This document shows, piece after piece, positions 48,490 to 58,499 of a DNA stretch of 64,000 nucleotides. A program made the translations under genes and the position numbers. Positions within the stretch are counted from its first letter, which is position 1. Each line of letters starts with the position of its first letter. Below the pieces are notes generated by a model, which was not told the origin of the DNA, did not search any database, and saw only the letters and a list, made by a program, of their open reading frames with translations. The stretch comes from Trueperaceae bacterium (GTDB lineage: Bacteria; Deinococcota; Deinococci; Deinococcales; Trueperaceae): NCBI GenBank assembly GCA_965215565.1, contig CBDCDZ010000004.1, positions 3,296,001-3,360,000 of the forward strand. The letters are read 5' to 3'.

Positions 48490-50013
48490 GTGGCTGATTC
48501 TCAGGGGGGTAGCAAAAGCAGCACAGAACGAGCGAGCGGCCGCTGGCTGAATGACGCGCTCGCGGGTCTCTCGGTGGCGTTCGTGCTCATCCCGCAGTCG
48601 CTCGCTTACGCCGAACTCGCCGGGCTGAGCGCGTTTCACGGTCTTTACGCCGCCGCCTTGCCGCCGATCACAGCGGCATTTTTCGCCTCGAGCCCCTATC
48701 TCCAGACCGGACCTACTGCGCTCACCGCGATCCTCGCCTACGGCGTGCTCGCCGCGCATTTCACCGTCGCCTCGCCCGAATACGTCGGCGCAGCCGCGCT
48801 TTTGGCGCTTCTCGTCGGCGTGCTGCGCACGCTTTTAGGGCTTCTCAAGCTGGGCTCTTTGGCTTACTTCATGAGCCAGCCCGTGCTGCGCGGCTTCACC
48901 TCGGCCGCCGCCGTGCTCATCCTCTGCTCGCAGGTGCCAACGGCGCTCGGCGTCGAGGGAACGGAGGGGGGTATCTTCGCGCAGCTTTTTTACGCGGCGA
49001 CGCACCCCGCGGCGTGGCACCTCAGCGCAGTAGCGTTCAGCCTCGTCACGCTCCTCTTGGTGCTCGGCGGCAGGCGGGTGTCGCCGCTCTTCCCCGGCGT
49101 GCTCGTGGCGGTATTCGTAGGTGTCGGCGTGTCATCCTGGCTGGGATACACCGCGCCCGTCGTCGGTGAGGTGGGCGCTCCGTTTCTTCAGCTCGAGCTA
49201 GCGTTGCCCTGGCACGCGCTCCGTGACCTCTTCGTCGGCGCGCTCGTCATCGCGGGCGTGGGCTTCGCGGAGCCCACCGCCATCGCTAGAGCTTACGCGA
49301 GAGAGGAGAACCGCCGCTGGGACCCGAACCGAGAATTGATAAGCCAAGGTGTAGCGAACATCGCCTCGGGACTCGTGCAGGGCTTTCCGGTGGGGGGGAG
49401 CTTCTCGCGCTCGAGCTTGGGCAAGCTGGCGGGCGCAACCAGCCGCTGGAGCGGTCTCGCTACCGGGCTCGTCGCGCTGGCGTTTCTCCCCTTCGCGTCC
49501 CTTATCAGCGCTCTGCCGCGCGCCGTTTTAGCTGCTGTGGTTATCGCCGCTGTGTTCAATTTGCTCGGCGTACGAGAGCTTGTGAGGCTCTGGCGCTACG
49601 CCCGCTTCCAGGCGCTCACCTCTTACGCTACCTTTGGGCTCACGCTGCTCTTAGCGCCGCGCATCGACTACGCGGTCTTGGCAGGCGTCGCGCTCGCGGT
49701 GGGGCTCCACCTGTGGCGCGAGACGCAACTCAGTGTTCGGAGTAGCCGCCAGGAGGACACTTTGGTCGTCGAGGTGACGGGTGTGCTCTTTTTCGGCTCG
49801 GTACATCAGCTCGAGAGCGCCCTGCGCTCGCTGCCTGACGTCGCCTCCTCCGATATTAAAGAGGTCGTCGTGGACGGCGCGGGTTTAGGACGCGTCGACC
49901 TAAACGGCGTGATAGCGCTTCATGCGTGGCAGCAAGAGGTTGAGGGGAAAGGGACGCCGCTCCGCTTTATTCACCTGCAACCGCACGTGCTGAGGATGAT
50001 GCGACGTTTGTAG
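48490..50013 (+). CDS. SulP/SLC26 anion transporter with STAS domain
   Basis: D..AG.SVA.VLIPQSLAYA.LAG, GSFSRS, C-terminal LFFGS STAS; start likely GTG 48490. Confidence 0.92.
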   Translation: MADSQGGSKSSTERASGRWLNDALAGLSVAFVLIPQSLAYAELAGLSAFHGLYAAALPPITAAFFASSPYLQTGPTALTAILAYGVLAAHFTVASPEYVGAAALLALLVGVLRTLLGLLKLGSLAYFMSQPVLRGFTSAAAVLILCSQVPTALGVEGTEGGIFAQLFYAATHPAAWHLSAVAFSLVTLLLVLGGRRVSPLFPGVLVAVFVGVGVSSWLGYTAPVVGEVGAPFLQLELALPWHALRDLFVGALVIAGVGFAEPTAIARAYAREENRRWDPNRELISQGVANIASGLVQGFPVGGSFSRSSLGKLAGATSRWSGLATGLVALAFLPFASLISALPRAVLAAVVIAAVFNLLGVRELVRLWRYARFQALTSYATFGLTLLLAPRIDYAVLAGVALAVGLHLWRETQLSVRSSRQEDTLVVEVTGVLFFGSVHQLESALRSLPDVASSDIKEVVVDGAGLGRVDLNGVIALHAWQQEVEGKGTPLRFIHLQPHVLRMMRRL

Positions 50014-50037
50014 ACGCCTATCACGGTGTTCCCCCCT

Positions 50038-50724
50038 CTACTGCGCCTCGCGGACGGCTTTCTCCAACTCGCCCTTGTCCATCTTGCTGCGCCCTGAAAC
50101 GTCCAAATCTTGGGCGCGCCCGTAAAGCTCATCCTTGTTAAGCTCGGAGAGGTTTTCTGCGTCTTCGGCTCCATTTTCAGGTACGTCCGCGCCTCGAATC
50201 GCTTCGACCAGCTCGTTTTTTGTCATCGTACTTCGCCCAGAGATGCCTAGCTGCGCCGCCCACGTCTGCAACTCGTCCTTCGTCGGCTCGGGCACGTCCT
50301 CGCCCTCCGCGAAGCCGAGCGCCCACATCGCTTTTTTTACGGCGTCAGGCCAGTCGGCGTGCTGCTCGCCCTCCTTGGAGACCTCTTCCTTCGTCTTCTC
50401 AGCCTGTCTGGTTTGCGCGTCCGTGAGCATTGCCCAGGCTTTTTGCGGCAGATAGCGCTTCATAATGTCATCCTGCTGCGCGTCCGCGTCGCCCTCTTTG
50501 GTCTGCCAGTCTTGATTCGTCCACTCCTCTAAGGACTGCGCCGCGTCGTCCTTCTCGTCCTTTTTGTAGCCGCCGCCCTGTTTCTCGTACTCCTGCACCA
50601 AAAGCTGGCTCTTGCGCGCGGACCACTGCCCCGGCTCGCCCCCCTTGTCAGACGCTTTGATCTCCTCTTTGAGCTTGCGGCGCAGGTCGGGCTTCGTATA
50701 CTTCTCGTCATAGTTGTCCGCCAT
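50038..50724 (-). CDS. Hydrophilic stress-type protein with two Rho-N-like repeats
   Basis: YTKPDLR, GQWSARK, RYLP; repeats TKDEL...A..L.ISGRS.M.K.EL. Confidence 0.75.
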   Translation of the reverse strand: MADNYDEKYTKPDLRRKLKEEIKASDKGGEPGQWSARKSQLLVQEYEKQGGGYKKDEKDDAAQSLEEWTNQDWQTKEGDADAQQDDIMKRYLPQKAWAMLTDAQTRQAEKTKEEVSKEGEQHADWPDAVKKAMWALGFAEGEDVPEPTKDELQTWAAQLGISGRSTMTKNELVEAIRGADVPENGAEDAENLSELNKDELYGRAQDLDVSGRSKMDKGELEKAVREAQ

Positions 50725-51201
50725 CTAGCGCAACCCCTCCAAAACTCGCTGCGCCTCCTCTACGAAGTCATTGTCCACCATGACGTTGTAGCTCTCCGCT
50801 TGCATCCCGCCCACCGAGGTGAAGTCGCGCCTGCCGCCCGTCATCGCGTAGCCGACGACGCCCAGAATCGCGCCCGCGATTGCGCCCGCGATCAACCCGT
50901 AAAGGATCATTGTGAGAAACGCGCCGAACGCGAAGAGTCCGAAGATGAGTCCAATGAAGACGCCCGTCACCGCGCCGCTCGCCGCGCCGTTCAGGGTTGC
51001 CTTGCCGTAGTCCAGGCTGCCCGTCACCTGCTCGACGAACTTGAGCCCTTCCGCGACGATAGCGGTATGTTCAACCGGGAAGTCGTTGTCCGAAAGGTAG
51101 TCCACCGCTTTTTGCGCGTCGGCGTAGTCGGCGTAGGTTGCGATAGTTTGTCTGGGTCGTCTGGGCGTTGCTTGGGGGGTAGTTTGCATAGATCGGTCCA
51201 C
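50725..51201 (-). CDS. General stress protein (YflT/17M-like membrane protein)
   Basis: Y.DAQKAVDYLSD..FPV, Gly-zipper TMs, RRDFTS. Confidence 0.8.
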   Translation of the reverse strand: MDRSMQTTPQATPRRPRQTIATYADYADAQKAVDYLSDNDFPVEHTAIVAEGLKFVEQVTGSLDYGKATLNGAASGAVTGVFIGLIFGLFAFGAFLTMILYGLIAGAIAGAILGVVGYAMTGGRRDFTSVGGMQAESYNVMVDNDFVEEAQRVLEGLR

Positions 51202-51309
51202 TGATTCCTCCTGTAAATCTAAGACTAGGAGGAAACGCGCCCGCGCTTATTGCACTGCGTTACAGAGCGGGCGCTACGGGTACCTCTTTAGCTCCGCTTT
51301 CCGTTTCAA

Positions 51310-51420
51310 TAGCAGGTATCATCTGGTCAGAGACACCCTTAGTGAGAAATGAACAGTCTAGCACGCACTTCGAGGGATGATATCTGCGCTCAACTGTCTC
51401 AGTATGTCGTGGAACTGCTA
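51310..51420. repeat. Dispersed repeat family A
   Basis: TAGCAGGTATCATCTGGTCAG...TCTCAGTATGTCGTGGAACTGCTA. Confidence 0.85.
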
Positions 51421-51506
51421 CAAAAAGAGGATGATTCGACTGCACTACCCCTCTACCTCTTCTTTCGTACGGTTGATTTTGCTGCGTCACCTATCTGTTT
51501 AGGTGT

Positions 51507-51611
51507 GGTTCTAAATCGAATGCCGCCGTGTGCTTCTTCTACCATCTCTGTGTAGATGAACAAGGGGTTTCAACCCCTTGTTTTGACACCACTGTCATTC
51601 TAAATAGAGCC
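51507..51611. repeat. Dispersed repeat family B
   Basis: Full-length homolog of 426-529. Confidence 0.8.
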
Positions 51612-51641
51612 ACTACCTCACTTAAACGTCCGAGTCAGGCG

Positions 51642-53639
51642 TTAGCTCGAGGTTGCCAACACCTCTAAAGGCGTAATTTCCAAGCTCCGCCCTTTCGCGT
51701 GCTCTTGCAGGTGAGTGATGAACGCATCCGTCCCTACGCCGTTTTGGTTCGGTTCCTTGCGGCTGCGGAAGGAGAGGGCGTCGTTCTCTAACTCCTTATC
51801 GCCAACGATGACGATATAGGGCACCTTGTAAAGCTCCGCCTCGCGCACCTTGTACTGCATTCGCTCGCTGCTGGTATCCACCTCAGCGCGTAGTCCCGCC
51901 TCGAAGAGACGTTCTTTAAGCGCGTGCGCGTACTCGTTGTGACGGTCCGCGATCGGCACGATGCGTACCTGTTCAGGCGCGAGCCACAGCGGGAAGTCGC
52001 CCGCGAAGTGTTCCAACAGAAAGCCGATAAAGCGCTCGTGAGTCGAAAGAGGTGCGCGGTGCAAGCAGAGCGGCACCCTCTTCTCACCCGTTTCGTCGAT
52101 GTAGAAAAGCCCGAGCCGCTCCGGTTGCGCGAAGTCTACTTGGTTGGTCGCTAGAGTGAACTCGCGCCCGATGGCACTCTTGATCTGTACGTCGATTTTG
52201 GGACCATAAAAGGCGGCCTCATCCTCGACTTCGACGAAGGGGACGCTGTTTTTCGTCATTGCGTTACGCACCATCTCTTCGGTTTTGAGCCAAAGAGGTT
52301 CGTTGTCTACGTACTTCTTGCCCAAACCGTCCTTGCTGTGTTTCGAAAGGCGCATCACATAATCTTGAATGTCGAAGAGGTTGAAGTAGTAGAGGTACAT
52401 CTCGATGACGTTCAAAAACTCGCGTTCGAACTGTTCTTCGGTGCAGTAGATGTGCGCGTCGTTCATCTGCAAGCTGCGCACGCGCATGAGCCCCATCAGC
52501 GCGCCCGAGCCCTCGTAGCGGTAGCAGGTGCCGTACTCGGCTAGGCGGATGGGCAGGTCTCTATAGCTGCGCGGACGTGCGGCGAAGATTTTGTGGTGAA
52601 AGGGGCAGTTCATCGGCTTCATGAAGTAGCGGACGTTCTCCAACTCCATCGGTGGGTACATGTCCTCTTCGTAGTAGGCGAGGTGCCCGCTCTTGATGAA
52701 GAGCTGGTCTTTGGCGAGGTGCGGGCTCTTCACACGCTGGTAGCCCGCTCTCAGTTCGACCTCTTTAGCCAGCCCCTCGAGTTCCTCGATCATCACCCCG
52801 CCACGCGGCAGCCAGAGTGGTAAACCGGGACCGACATCCTCGTCTAGAGTGTAGATGTCCAACTCCGCGCCCAACTTGCGGTGGTCGCGCTTTTTGGCCT
52901 CCTCGAGCATCCACAGGTGCTGCTCTAACTCATCCTTAGTCTTGAACGCCGCGCCGTAAATCCGCTGGAGCATTGGGCGCGACTCGTCACCGCGCCAATA
53001 CGCGCCCGCGACGCTCATCAGCTTGAAGTGTTGCGGGATGTCGCCCGTGCTCGGTACGTGCGGACCCCTACAGAGGTCGGTGAAACCCTCTTCTCCGCCT
53101 TGTTCGTAAAAGGTCAAAGCAACATCTTCGGGAAGGTCGCGTATAAGCTCGAGTTTATACGGGTCACCCACCTCTTCGTAGCGCGCCACCGCCTCTTCTC
53201 TCGGCAACGCATAGCGGCGCAGCGGCAACTTCGCCTTGACGATTTCGCGCATTCGCCTTTCGACGTCCTCTAAGTCTTCAGCGCTGAGCGTGTCCGGCAC
53301 GTCGAAGTCGTAGTAAAAGCCGTTTTCGATAACGGGACCGATGCCCATCTTCACGTCGCTACGCCCGAACCCTCTCTCCGCAAAGAGGTCGACAACCGCT
53401 TGCGCCATCACGTGCGCCAAGGTGTGGCGCATGAGGCGCAGGACCTCATCGTCGCGCTTCGTCAGGATGGTGACGCCGGCTCCGTCTGGCACCTCGCTGA
53501 AGAGGTCGCTGAGCTGTCCGTTCACCGTGCCGCCTAGCGCCGCTTTCGCTAAACCAGGACCGATAGCTTCGGCGACATTTTGTAAGGTTGCATGTTCGGG
53601 CAAGTCGAGACGCTTGCCGTCGGGTAAAGTTACGTGCAT
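51642..53639 (-). CDS. thrS: Threonine--tRNA ligase
   Basis: TGS domain, RH..AH, DLCRGPH, RDHRKLG, KPMNCP, AFYGPKID. Confidence 0.97.
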   Translation of the reverse strand: MHVTLPDGKRLDLPEHATLQNVAEAIGPGLAKAALGGTVNGQLSDLFSEVPDGAGVTILTKRDDEVLRLMRHTLAHVMAQAVVDLFAERGFGRSDVKMGIGPVIENGFYYDFDVPDTLSAEDLEDVERRMREIVKAKLPLRRYALPREEAVARYEEVGDPYKLELIRDLPEDVALTFYEQGGEEGFTDLCRGPHVPSTGDIPQHFKLMSVAGAYWRGDESRPMLQRIYGAAFKTKDELEQHLWMLEEAKKRDHRKLGAELDIYTLDEDVGPGLPLWLPRGGVMIEELEGLAKEVELRAGYQRVKSPHLAKDQLFIKSGHLAYYEEDMYPPMELENVRYFMKPMNCPFHHKIFAARPRSYRDLPIRLAEYGTCYRYEGSGALMGLMRVRSLQMNDAHIYCTEEQFEREFLNVIEMYLYYFNLFDIQDYVMRLSKHSKDGLGKKYVDNEPLWLKTEEMVRNAMTKNSVPFVEVEDEAAFYGPKIDVQIKSAIGREFTLATNQVDFAQPERLGLFYIDETGEKRVPLCLHRAPLSTHERFIGFLLEHFAGDFPLWLAPEQVRIVPIADRHNEYAHALKERLFEAGLRAEVDTSSERMQYKVREAELYKVPYIVIVGDKELENDALSFRSRKEPNQNGVGTDAFITHLQEHAKGRSLEITPLEVLATSS

Positions 53640-54045
53640 AAAAGTACCTCGGGAAAAATCAGAGTTTTAGTTCGTTTAGGATAGTGTATACAGCATTAAA
53701 AGCGCCCAAAGCGGCGCGTTCGAGTCGTCGGATGAAGAGGGAGACTCGAGAGATAAGCAAATTCAGCGTGAGGTCTTATCCTCATGACTCCAAAGTACCA
53801 TAAGTTGGGGTTTTTTAGAGCGTTACGCCTTAAAGCATTTCAGCATAGGTGAAGCACATAGTGCTTTAGGCTTTCAGCCTTAACCTGCGCTCTAACCTGT
53901 GTCAGCGAGTCAGCACTTCAGGTTTTAAGTCTTTCCTTGACGAGCTGAAACGCTGACTCGCTACTCTCCCACCTCTAAAGCAAGAACTTGCCAATCGGCA
54001 CGAACCCTTACACACACCTCTCTAAATAGTATACACTGTATTATC

Positions 54046-54831
54046 ATGAACTTGATTGCCTTGCTCTGCACGGACCCACAGCTCAGCCATACGCTCAGCC
54101 ATTTCCGCAAGGCGTCTCTAGACCTCTATCTTCACCCCGTTACGCACGCCGACATAGGCGAGGTGTCGCGCTCGCTCGCGCCGATGGGCTTTGCGGGCGT
54201 GCTCGTGTTGGACGAAGCGCAACATGCACGGACATATAGCGCGGCGCAGCGCAGCTCGCTCGACGCGCATGAGGTCGGCGCAGCCGATACGCTGAGCGTC
54301 TCCATCGGTGGACTCTTAGCGGAATACAACCTCGGACGCGCCGTCGGCGCAGCCTTGCAAAACAGGGGGTGGGACGCGCGCGGGGCGAACGTCGTGCTTT
54401 TAGGGGAAGGCGCACTCGCAAGAGCGGCGTGCCGGGAACTCTCGAGCTTGGGAGCCGCTCACCTGACCGTCCTAGCCACGAACCGCCCCACTGCCGAGAT
54501 GACGTCGCAGTACGCCTACGCCGCCAGCACCGAAATCACCGCCCGCGCCTACCGCGACCCCTTAGCACAGAGTTATTTGAGCCGCGCCGACCTCTTGGTC
54601 CGCATCGACGAACGCGCGAGCGTCCCCCCTAAGATTCTCGGACCTCACCTGAGTGTGGTGGACTTCTCGCGCCAAGCGATGAGCCCGCTTCGCCAACAAG
54701 CGGTCAGCTTAGGCGCGGTGGCTCTAAGCTACCGCGACGTGCAGGCGCACCAGATCGCTTTAGGGTTGGAGGCTATTTTGGGCACGCAGGTCAATCCGAA
54801 TGACTTCTTGGCGGCGCTGCACTCACCTTAA
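54046..54831 (+). CDS. Shikimate dehydrogenase-like protein, degenerate
   Basis: GFAG, A..VGAADT, VVLLGEG..ARA, HLTVLA pattern follows the AroE layout; catalytic motifs missing. Confidence 0.6.
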   Translation: MNLIALLCTDPQLSHTLSHFRKASLDLYLHPVTHADIGEVSRSLAPMGFAGVLVLDEAQHARTYSAAQRSSLDAHEVGAADTLSVSIGGLLAEYNLGRAVGAALQNRGWDARGANVVLLGEGALARAACRELSSLGAAHLTVLATNRPTAEMTSQYAYAASTEITARAYRDPLAQSYLSRADLLVRIDERASVPPKILGPHLSVVDFSRQAMSPLRQQAVSLGAVALSYRDVQAHQIALGLEAILGTQVNPNDFLAALHSP

Positions 54832-54888
54832 ACACTGTGTGAAAATTAACTCATAAACCCGTGTGACAGGCGTCATAGACTAGGATTT

Positions 54889-56709
54889 GTGAACGTCCGC
54901 CGCTTGACCTCTTTACTGCTACTCTGCTCGAGCCTCGCCTTCGCTCAGCAAGGGGCGCTTTACGAACTCCCTTACGCTTCGGTCCAGCGCTCGAACGAAA
55001 CGCTGACGCTCCGTTACGACGGCAGGCAGGCGCGGTACGTGGAGGGTGTGGGGTGGCTCGAGCCTACCTTAAACGCCGCCCCGCGTATCGAAGGCGACGA
55101 GGTCTTCGTAGATAGTTCGGTCTTGGCGTATTTCGGCGTAGAGCTGCCCAAGCTGGCGGGTGTGCGCTTCAGCAAGCGGAGCGCGGGCTCGGAGGCGAGT
55201 ATCACCACCTCGCGGTTCGAACAAGAGGAGGTGCAGAACGTCCGGCTCGTTTTGGATTTTAGTGAGTTTGAAAGTATAAGAGGTCTGGAGCGGTTAGAGG
55301 AAGAGGGCGAGGTGGCGAAGGATGAGGCGTTAGAGCTTATTCTGCCGAGGGTCTTGCTTCCGCTAGGCGTACCTGAAGAGGTAGAGGGGTTGGGGTTGGA
55401 GCTAAACACCACCTCCATCATGACGAAGCTCAACTTGGGCGGCGCGGGCGATTCGGATGAGGATAGCGCGGCGTTTCGCTACCGCGTCTTTCCCCTTGAA
55501 AATCCGACGCGGCTTGTGATTGACTTGGCAATTGAGCAGCCGCGAACCCCTACGTTCCAAGCTGAAACGCCGGATACACCCACGGAAGAACCATCCGCGC
55601 AGGTTGACACGCCGCTTGATTTTGACGCCGACGAACAAACAGATGCTGATGCGCCGGTAAGTCCTAGCGAGCAGCGCGAAGCGGAGTTTGACGCTCGAGA
55701 TAACAACGCGGTTGAGGAGACTTGGACCGCGCCGCCGCTAGAGAAACCGCTCGTCCTCCATCCCGCTGTCACGCAGCGGCGCATGACGTACCCGACGCTC
55801 CTCGGCGAAAGCCGCGTTGATATCGTCGAAATCGTGCCCGGCTACGGCGAGTTTCGCGTGGTGGGTGAGTCGTTCGTGCCGCGGACGCTTTCCGAGTTGT
55901 CGGTAGGCTCTCTCGCGGCGATCAACGCGAGCTACTTCGACACGGCTGACCTGCGCACCATCGGGCTTTTGGAGATAGACAACACGCTCCTCTCGCTGCC
56001 GACTAGAAACCGCGCGGGCATCGGCTTCGGCTTTGGTAGCCCAGTGATCGGCCGGATTCAGGCGACGGTGGAATTGAATATTAGCGGACAGGTGAAGAGG
56101 TTCGAGACGCGCCGAGCCGACCTTCAAATCTACACGGCGGCGGGGCGAGAGGTGGGCAGTCCGAGGCAAGGGGCAATCGTGGTGCAGCGCGGGCGCGTCC
56201 TGATGAACAAAGTTGGACCGAGGCGCGTGCCACAGGGCGGCATGGTCATCGCGTATGAGCCGGATTTGCGCGAGTTGGCGCTCGTGGATGCCGGGGACCG
56301 CGTGAGCGTCGCGGCGGACCTCTTTCCGTCGGCGTTCAACTTCGTGGAGTACGCGGTGGAGGCGGGACCGCTCCTCGTGGCGGACGGCCGCGCGGCGTAT
56401 GAGCCGGGGCTCGAGGCGTTCAGCCCCAACCCGCTCAGCAATGTGAACCGCCCCGCCAGCCGCGCCGCCATCGGGCTAAAAGAGGACGGCACTGTCATGT
56501 TCGTCACCGCGACGAACATGACAGCGAGAGACCTCGTCCCGCTCTTTCTGTCGCTCGGCGCGGACCGCGCCCTGCAGATGGACAGCGGCGGTAGCAGCAC
56601 GATTGTAGCGGCCGGAAAGGTCATCAACCGCCCGCCGAGTTCGCAGCGCAAGATTGCCACAGCGGTCGTTTATGTGCCCTTCGATTTGGGCGAGGTGGAG
56701 GAGCCTTAG
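54889..56709 (+). CDS. Exported phosphodiester glycosidase (NAGPA-like) family protein
   Basis: Signal peptide, AMIN-like PTRLVIDL, AAINASYF, AGPLLV, RAAIG, MDSGGSS. Confidence 0.85.
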   Translation: MNVRRLTSLLLLCSSLAFAQQGALYELPYASVQRSNETLTLRYDGRQARYVEGVGWLEPTLNAAPRIEGDEVFVDSSVLAYFGVELPKLAGVRFSKRSAGSEASITTSRFEQEEVQNVRLVLDFSEFESIRGLERLEEEGEVAKDEALELILPRVLLPLGVPEEVEGLGLELNTTSIMTKLNLGGAGDSDEDSAAFRYRVFPLENPTRLVIDLAIEQPRTPTFQAETPDTPTEEPSAQVDTPLDFDADEQTDADAPVSPSEQREAEFDARDNNAVEETWTAPPLEKPLVLHPAVTQRRMTYPTLLGESRVDIVEIVPGYGEFRVVGESFVPRTLSELSVGSLAAINASYFDTADLRTIGLLEIDNTLLSLPTRNRAGIGFGFGSPVIGRIQATVELNISGQVKRFETRRADLQIYTAAGREVGSPRQGAIVVQRGRVLMNKVGPRRVPQGGMVIAYEPDLRELALVDAGDRVSVAADLFPSAFNFVEYAVEAGPLLVADGRAAYEPGLEAFSPNPLSNVNRPASRAAIGLKEDGTVMFVTATNMTARDLVPLFLSLGADRALQMDSGGSSTIVAAGKVINRPPSSQRKIATAVVYVPFDLGEVEEP

Positions 56710-56764
56710 TCGCGTGGATAAGGCGAAGTTAGAAGCTTATATTCTCCTTCTGCTGAACAACCTC

Positions 56765-57607
56765 TTAGTTGTCCCCTCCGCCCGACTTCTGACCTCTCGG
56801 TTGTCCTTTTACTCTCGAGACCTCGCGCGCCGGGTACTCCTCAAAGCCGCCCTCATCGAGTTTCATCTCGACGCTCCCCTTTAGGGGATTGAGTTTCACC
56901 ACGCGCCCGCACGCGCCGCTCGTTTCGTGGCACGCTTTGGAGCCCTTTTTCGGCAGCCCTTTGAGGAGTTCTTTATACATGTCGTGCTCGTACTGTAAGC
57001 AGCACATGAGGCGTCCGCAAGGGCCGCTGATTTTCTCAGGGTTTAAGGGAAGCTGCTGGTCTCGCGCCATACGAATCGAGACAGCGTTAAAGCTTTGCAA
57101 CCAGGTGGATGAGCACGAGCCGCCGCCGCACGCGCCGAGCGTGCCTAGAATGCGGGCTTGGTCACGCGGCCCGACGTTGTCGAATTCGATGCGTGCGCCC
57201 GTGTAGCCCATGAGTGCTTGCGCCAGCGGACGCAGTGAAACGGAGCCCTCGGCGCTATAGGTGACGACCAAAAGCGATTCGTCCAATGTGAACTCCAAGC
57301 GAATCACCTTCATCTTCTCGCCGCGCTCTCTGGCGCGCGCTTTTAAGAGCCACTTGAGGTCGTCGGCTTTAGCTTCCAAGGCGTCGTGAGCCTCGAGGTC
57401 CTCAGGGTGCGCCACGCGCACGATCTGACCGCTCGGTTTCGCGTCTCCTCGCGGCGGTGTGCGCACGAGGGCAACTTCCAAACCGCGCCTCGTATTGACG
57501 ACGCACTGCGAGCCCACCCCAGGCTGTTGAGGGGGCACCTCCGGCGGCACCTCCATGTAGTGTAATTTTGGTCCATTCTCAAAGCGGACACCGACGTATT
57601 CGGGCAC
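56765..57607 (-). CDS. ricT: PSP1/RicT (YaaT) family Fe-S protein
   Basis: G.CG...C, MARDQ.L.LNP.KISG.CGRLMCCL.YE. Confidence 0.9.
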   Translation of the reverse strand: MPEYVGVRFENGPKLHYMEVPPEVPPQQPGVGSQCVVNTRRGLEVALVRTPPRGDAKPSGQIVRVAHPEDLEAHDALEAKADDLKWLLKARARERGEKMKVIRLEFTLDESLLVVTYSAEGSVSLRPLAQALMGYTGARIEFDNVGPRDQARILGTLGACGGGSCSSTWLQSFNAVSIRMARDQQLPLNPEKISGPCGRLMCCLQYEHDMYKELLKGLPKKGSKACHETSGACGRVVKLNPLKGSVEMKLDEGGFEEYPAREVSRVKGQPRGQKSGGGDN

Positions 57608-57631
57608 TTTTTCCTCCCGTTACTCTTTATA

Positions 57632-57761
57632 TAGCAAGTTACTTCGTATAGCTTCACTGAGACCTTTGGCGTTGCCAAAACTTCGTCCCTGCGGGCTTTC
57701 AGACTGCTTGCAGCAGCTTTCAGAAAGCGGCAATCTATCTCAGTATGTTTTGGAACTGCTA
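57632..57761. repeat. Dispersed repeat family A
   Basis: TAGCAAGTTACTTCGTATAGCTTC...GCAGCTTTCAGAAA...TCTCAGTATGTTTTGGAACTGCTA. Confidence 0.82.
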
Positions 57762-57851
57762 AGAAAAGCTGAACTCACGGCTCACCTCAGATTCATAGCG
57801 TACCAATTTTGTAGACCATTCGCAGAAAAGAATACTTCACATTGGCGCTGT

Positions 57852-58499
57852 TCAGGTGAAAAGCCCACCCTGCACGGTTCGCTGCGCGACGGGCTTAAAA
57901 CTCTTCCGGTGGAGCGGGCAAGGACCGCGTTCAGACAGCGCCGCCAGGTGCTGCGCAGAGCCGTAGCCCTTGTGTTTGGCGAAACCGTAAGCCGGATAAC
58001 GGGCGTGCGCGTGAACCATCAGGTGGTCTCTCGTCGTCTTCGCTAGGATGCTCGCCGCTGCAACTTGATAGCTCTGGGCGTCCCCCTTGACGGCGGCGAC
58101 GACGGGACCAGGGAAGTCTAGCTTGAGAAAATCCGTGACGAGCGCGTCCGCGCCGAGGCGCAGCGCGTGAAGCGCGCGCTGCGCCGCCAAGTGCGTGGCG
58201 CGCAGGACGTTGAGTGCGTCCACCTCTTCGGCGCTCGCCTGACCTACCGCCCACGCTAAGGCGTTCGCTCTGACCTCTCGCGCAAAGGTCTCACGTTGCG
58301 CCGCGCTGAGCGTTTTGGAGTCGTCGAAAGCGTGCTCGGCGACGGGAAGAACGACGGCGGCAGCCACGACGGGTCCGGCGAGCGCGCCGCGCCCGGCTTC
58401 ATCTATGCCGGCGGTGCAGGCGTGTCCGGCGCTCCAGAGAGGGGACTCGAGCCCCCACCCCGGCGTCAGCTTACCTTCAGTCTTGCGCGAGGACGACAC
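57852..58499 (-). CDS. rnhB: Ribonuclease HII
   Basis: GIDEAGRG.LAGPV, DSK, KGD, AAASILAK..RD, HKGY, HRKSF. Confidence 0.96.
   Translation of the reverse strand: MSSSRKTEGKLTPGWGLESPLWSAGHACTAGIDEAGRGALAGPVVAAAVVLPVAEHAFDDSKTLSAAQRETFAREVRANALAWAVGQASAEEVDALNVLRATHLAAQRALHALRLGADALVTDFLKLDFPGPVVAAVKGDAQSYQVAAASILAKTTRDHLMVHAHARYPAYGFAKHKGYGSAQHLAALSERGPCPLHRKSFKPVAQRTVQGGLFT

Noticed and set aside
53640..54040. T-box leader for thrS
   Set aside because: No GGTGGNACC T-box sequence or terminator on the minus strand.
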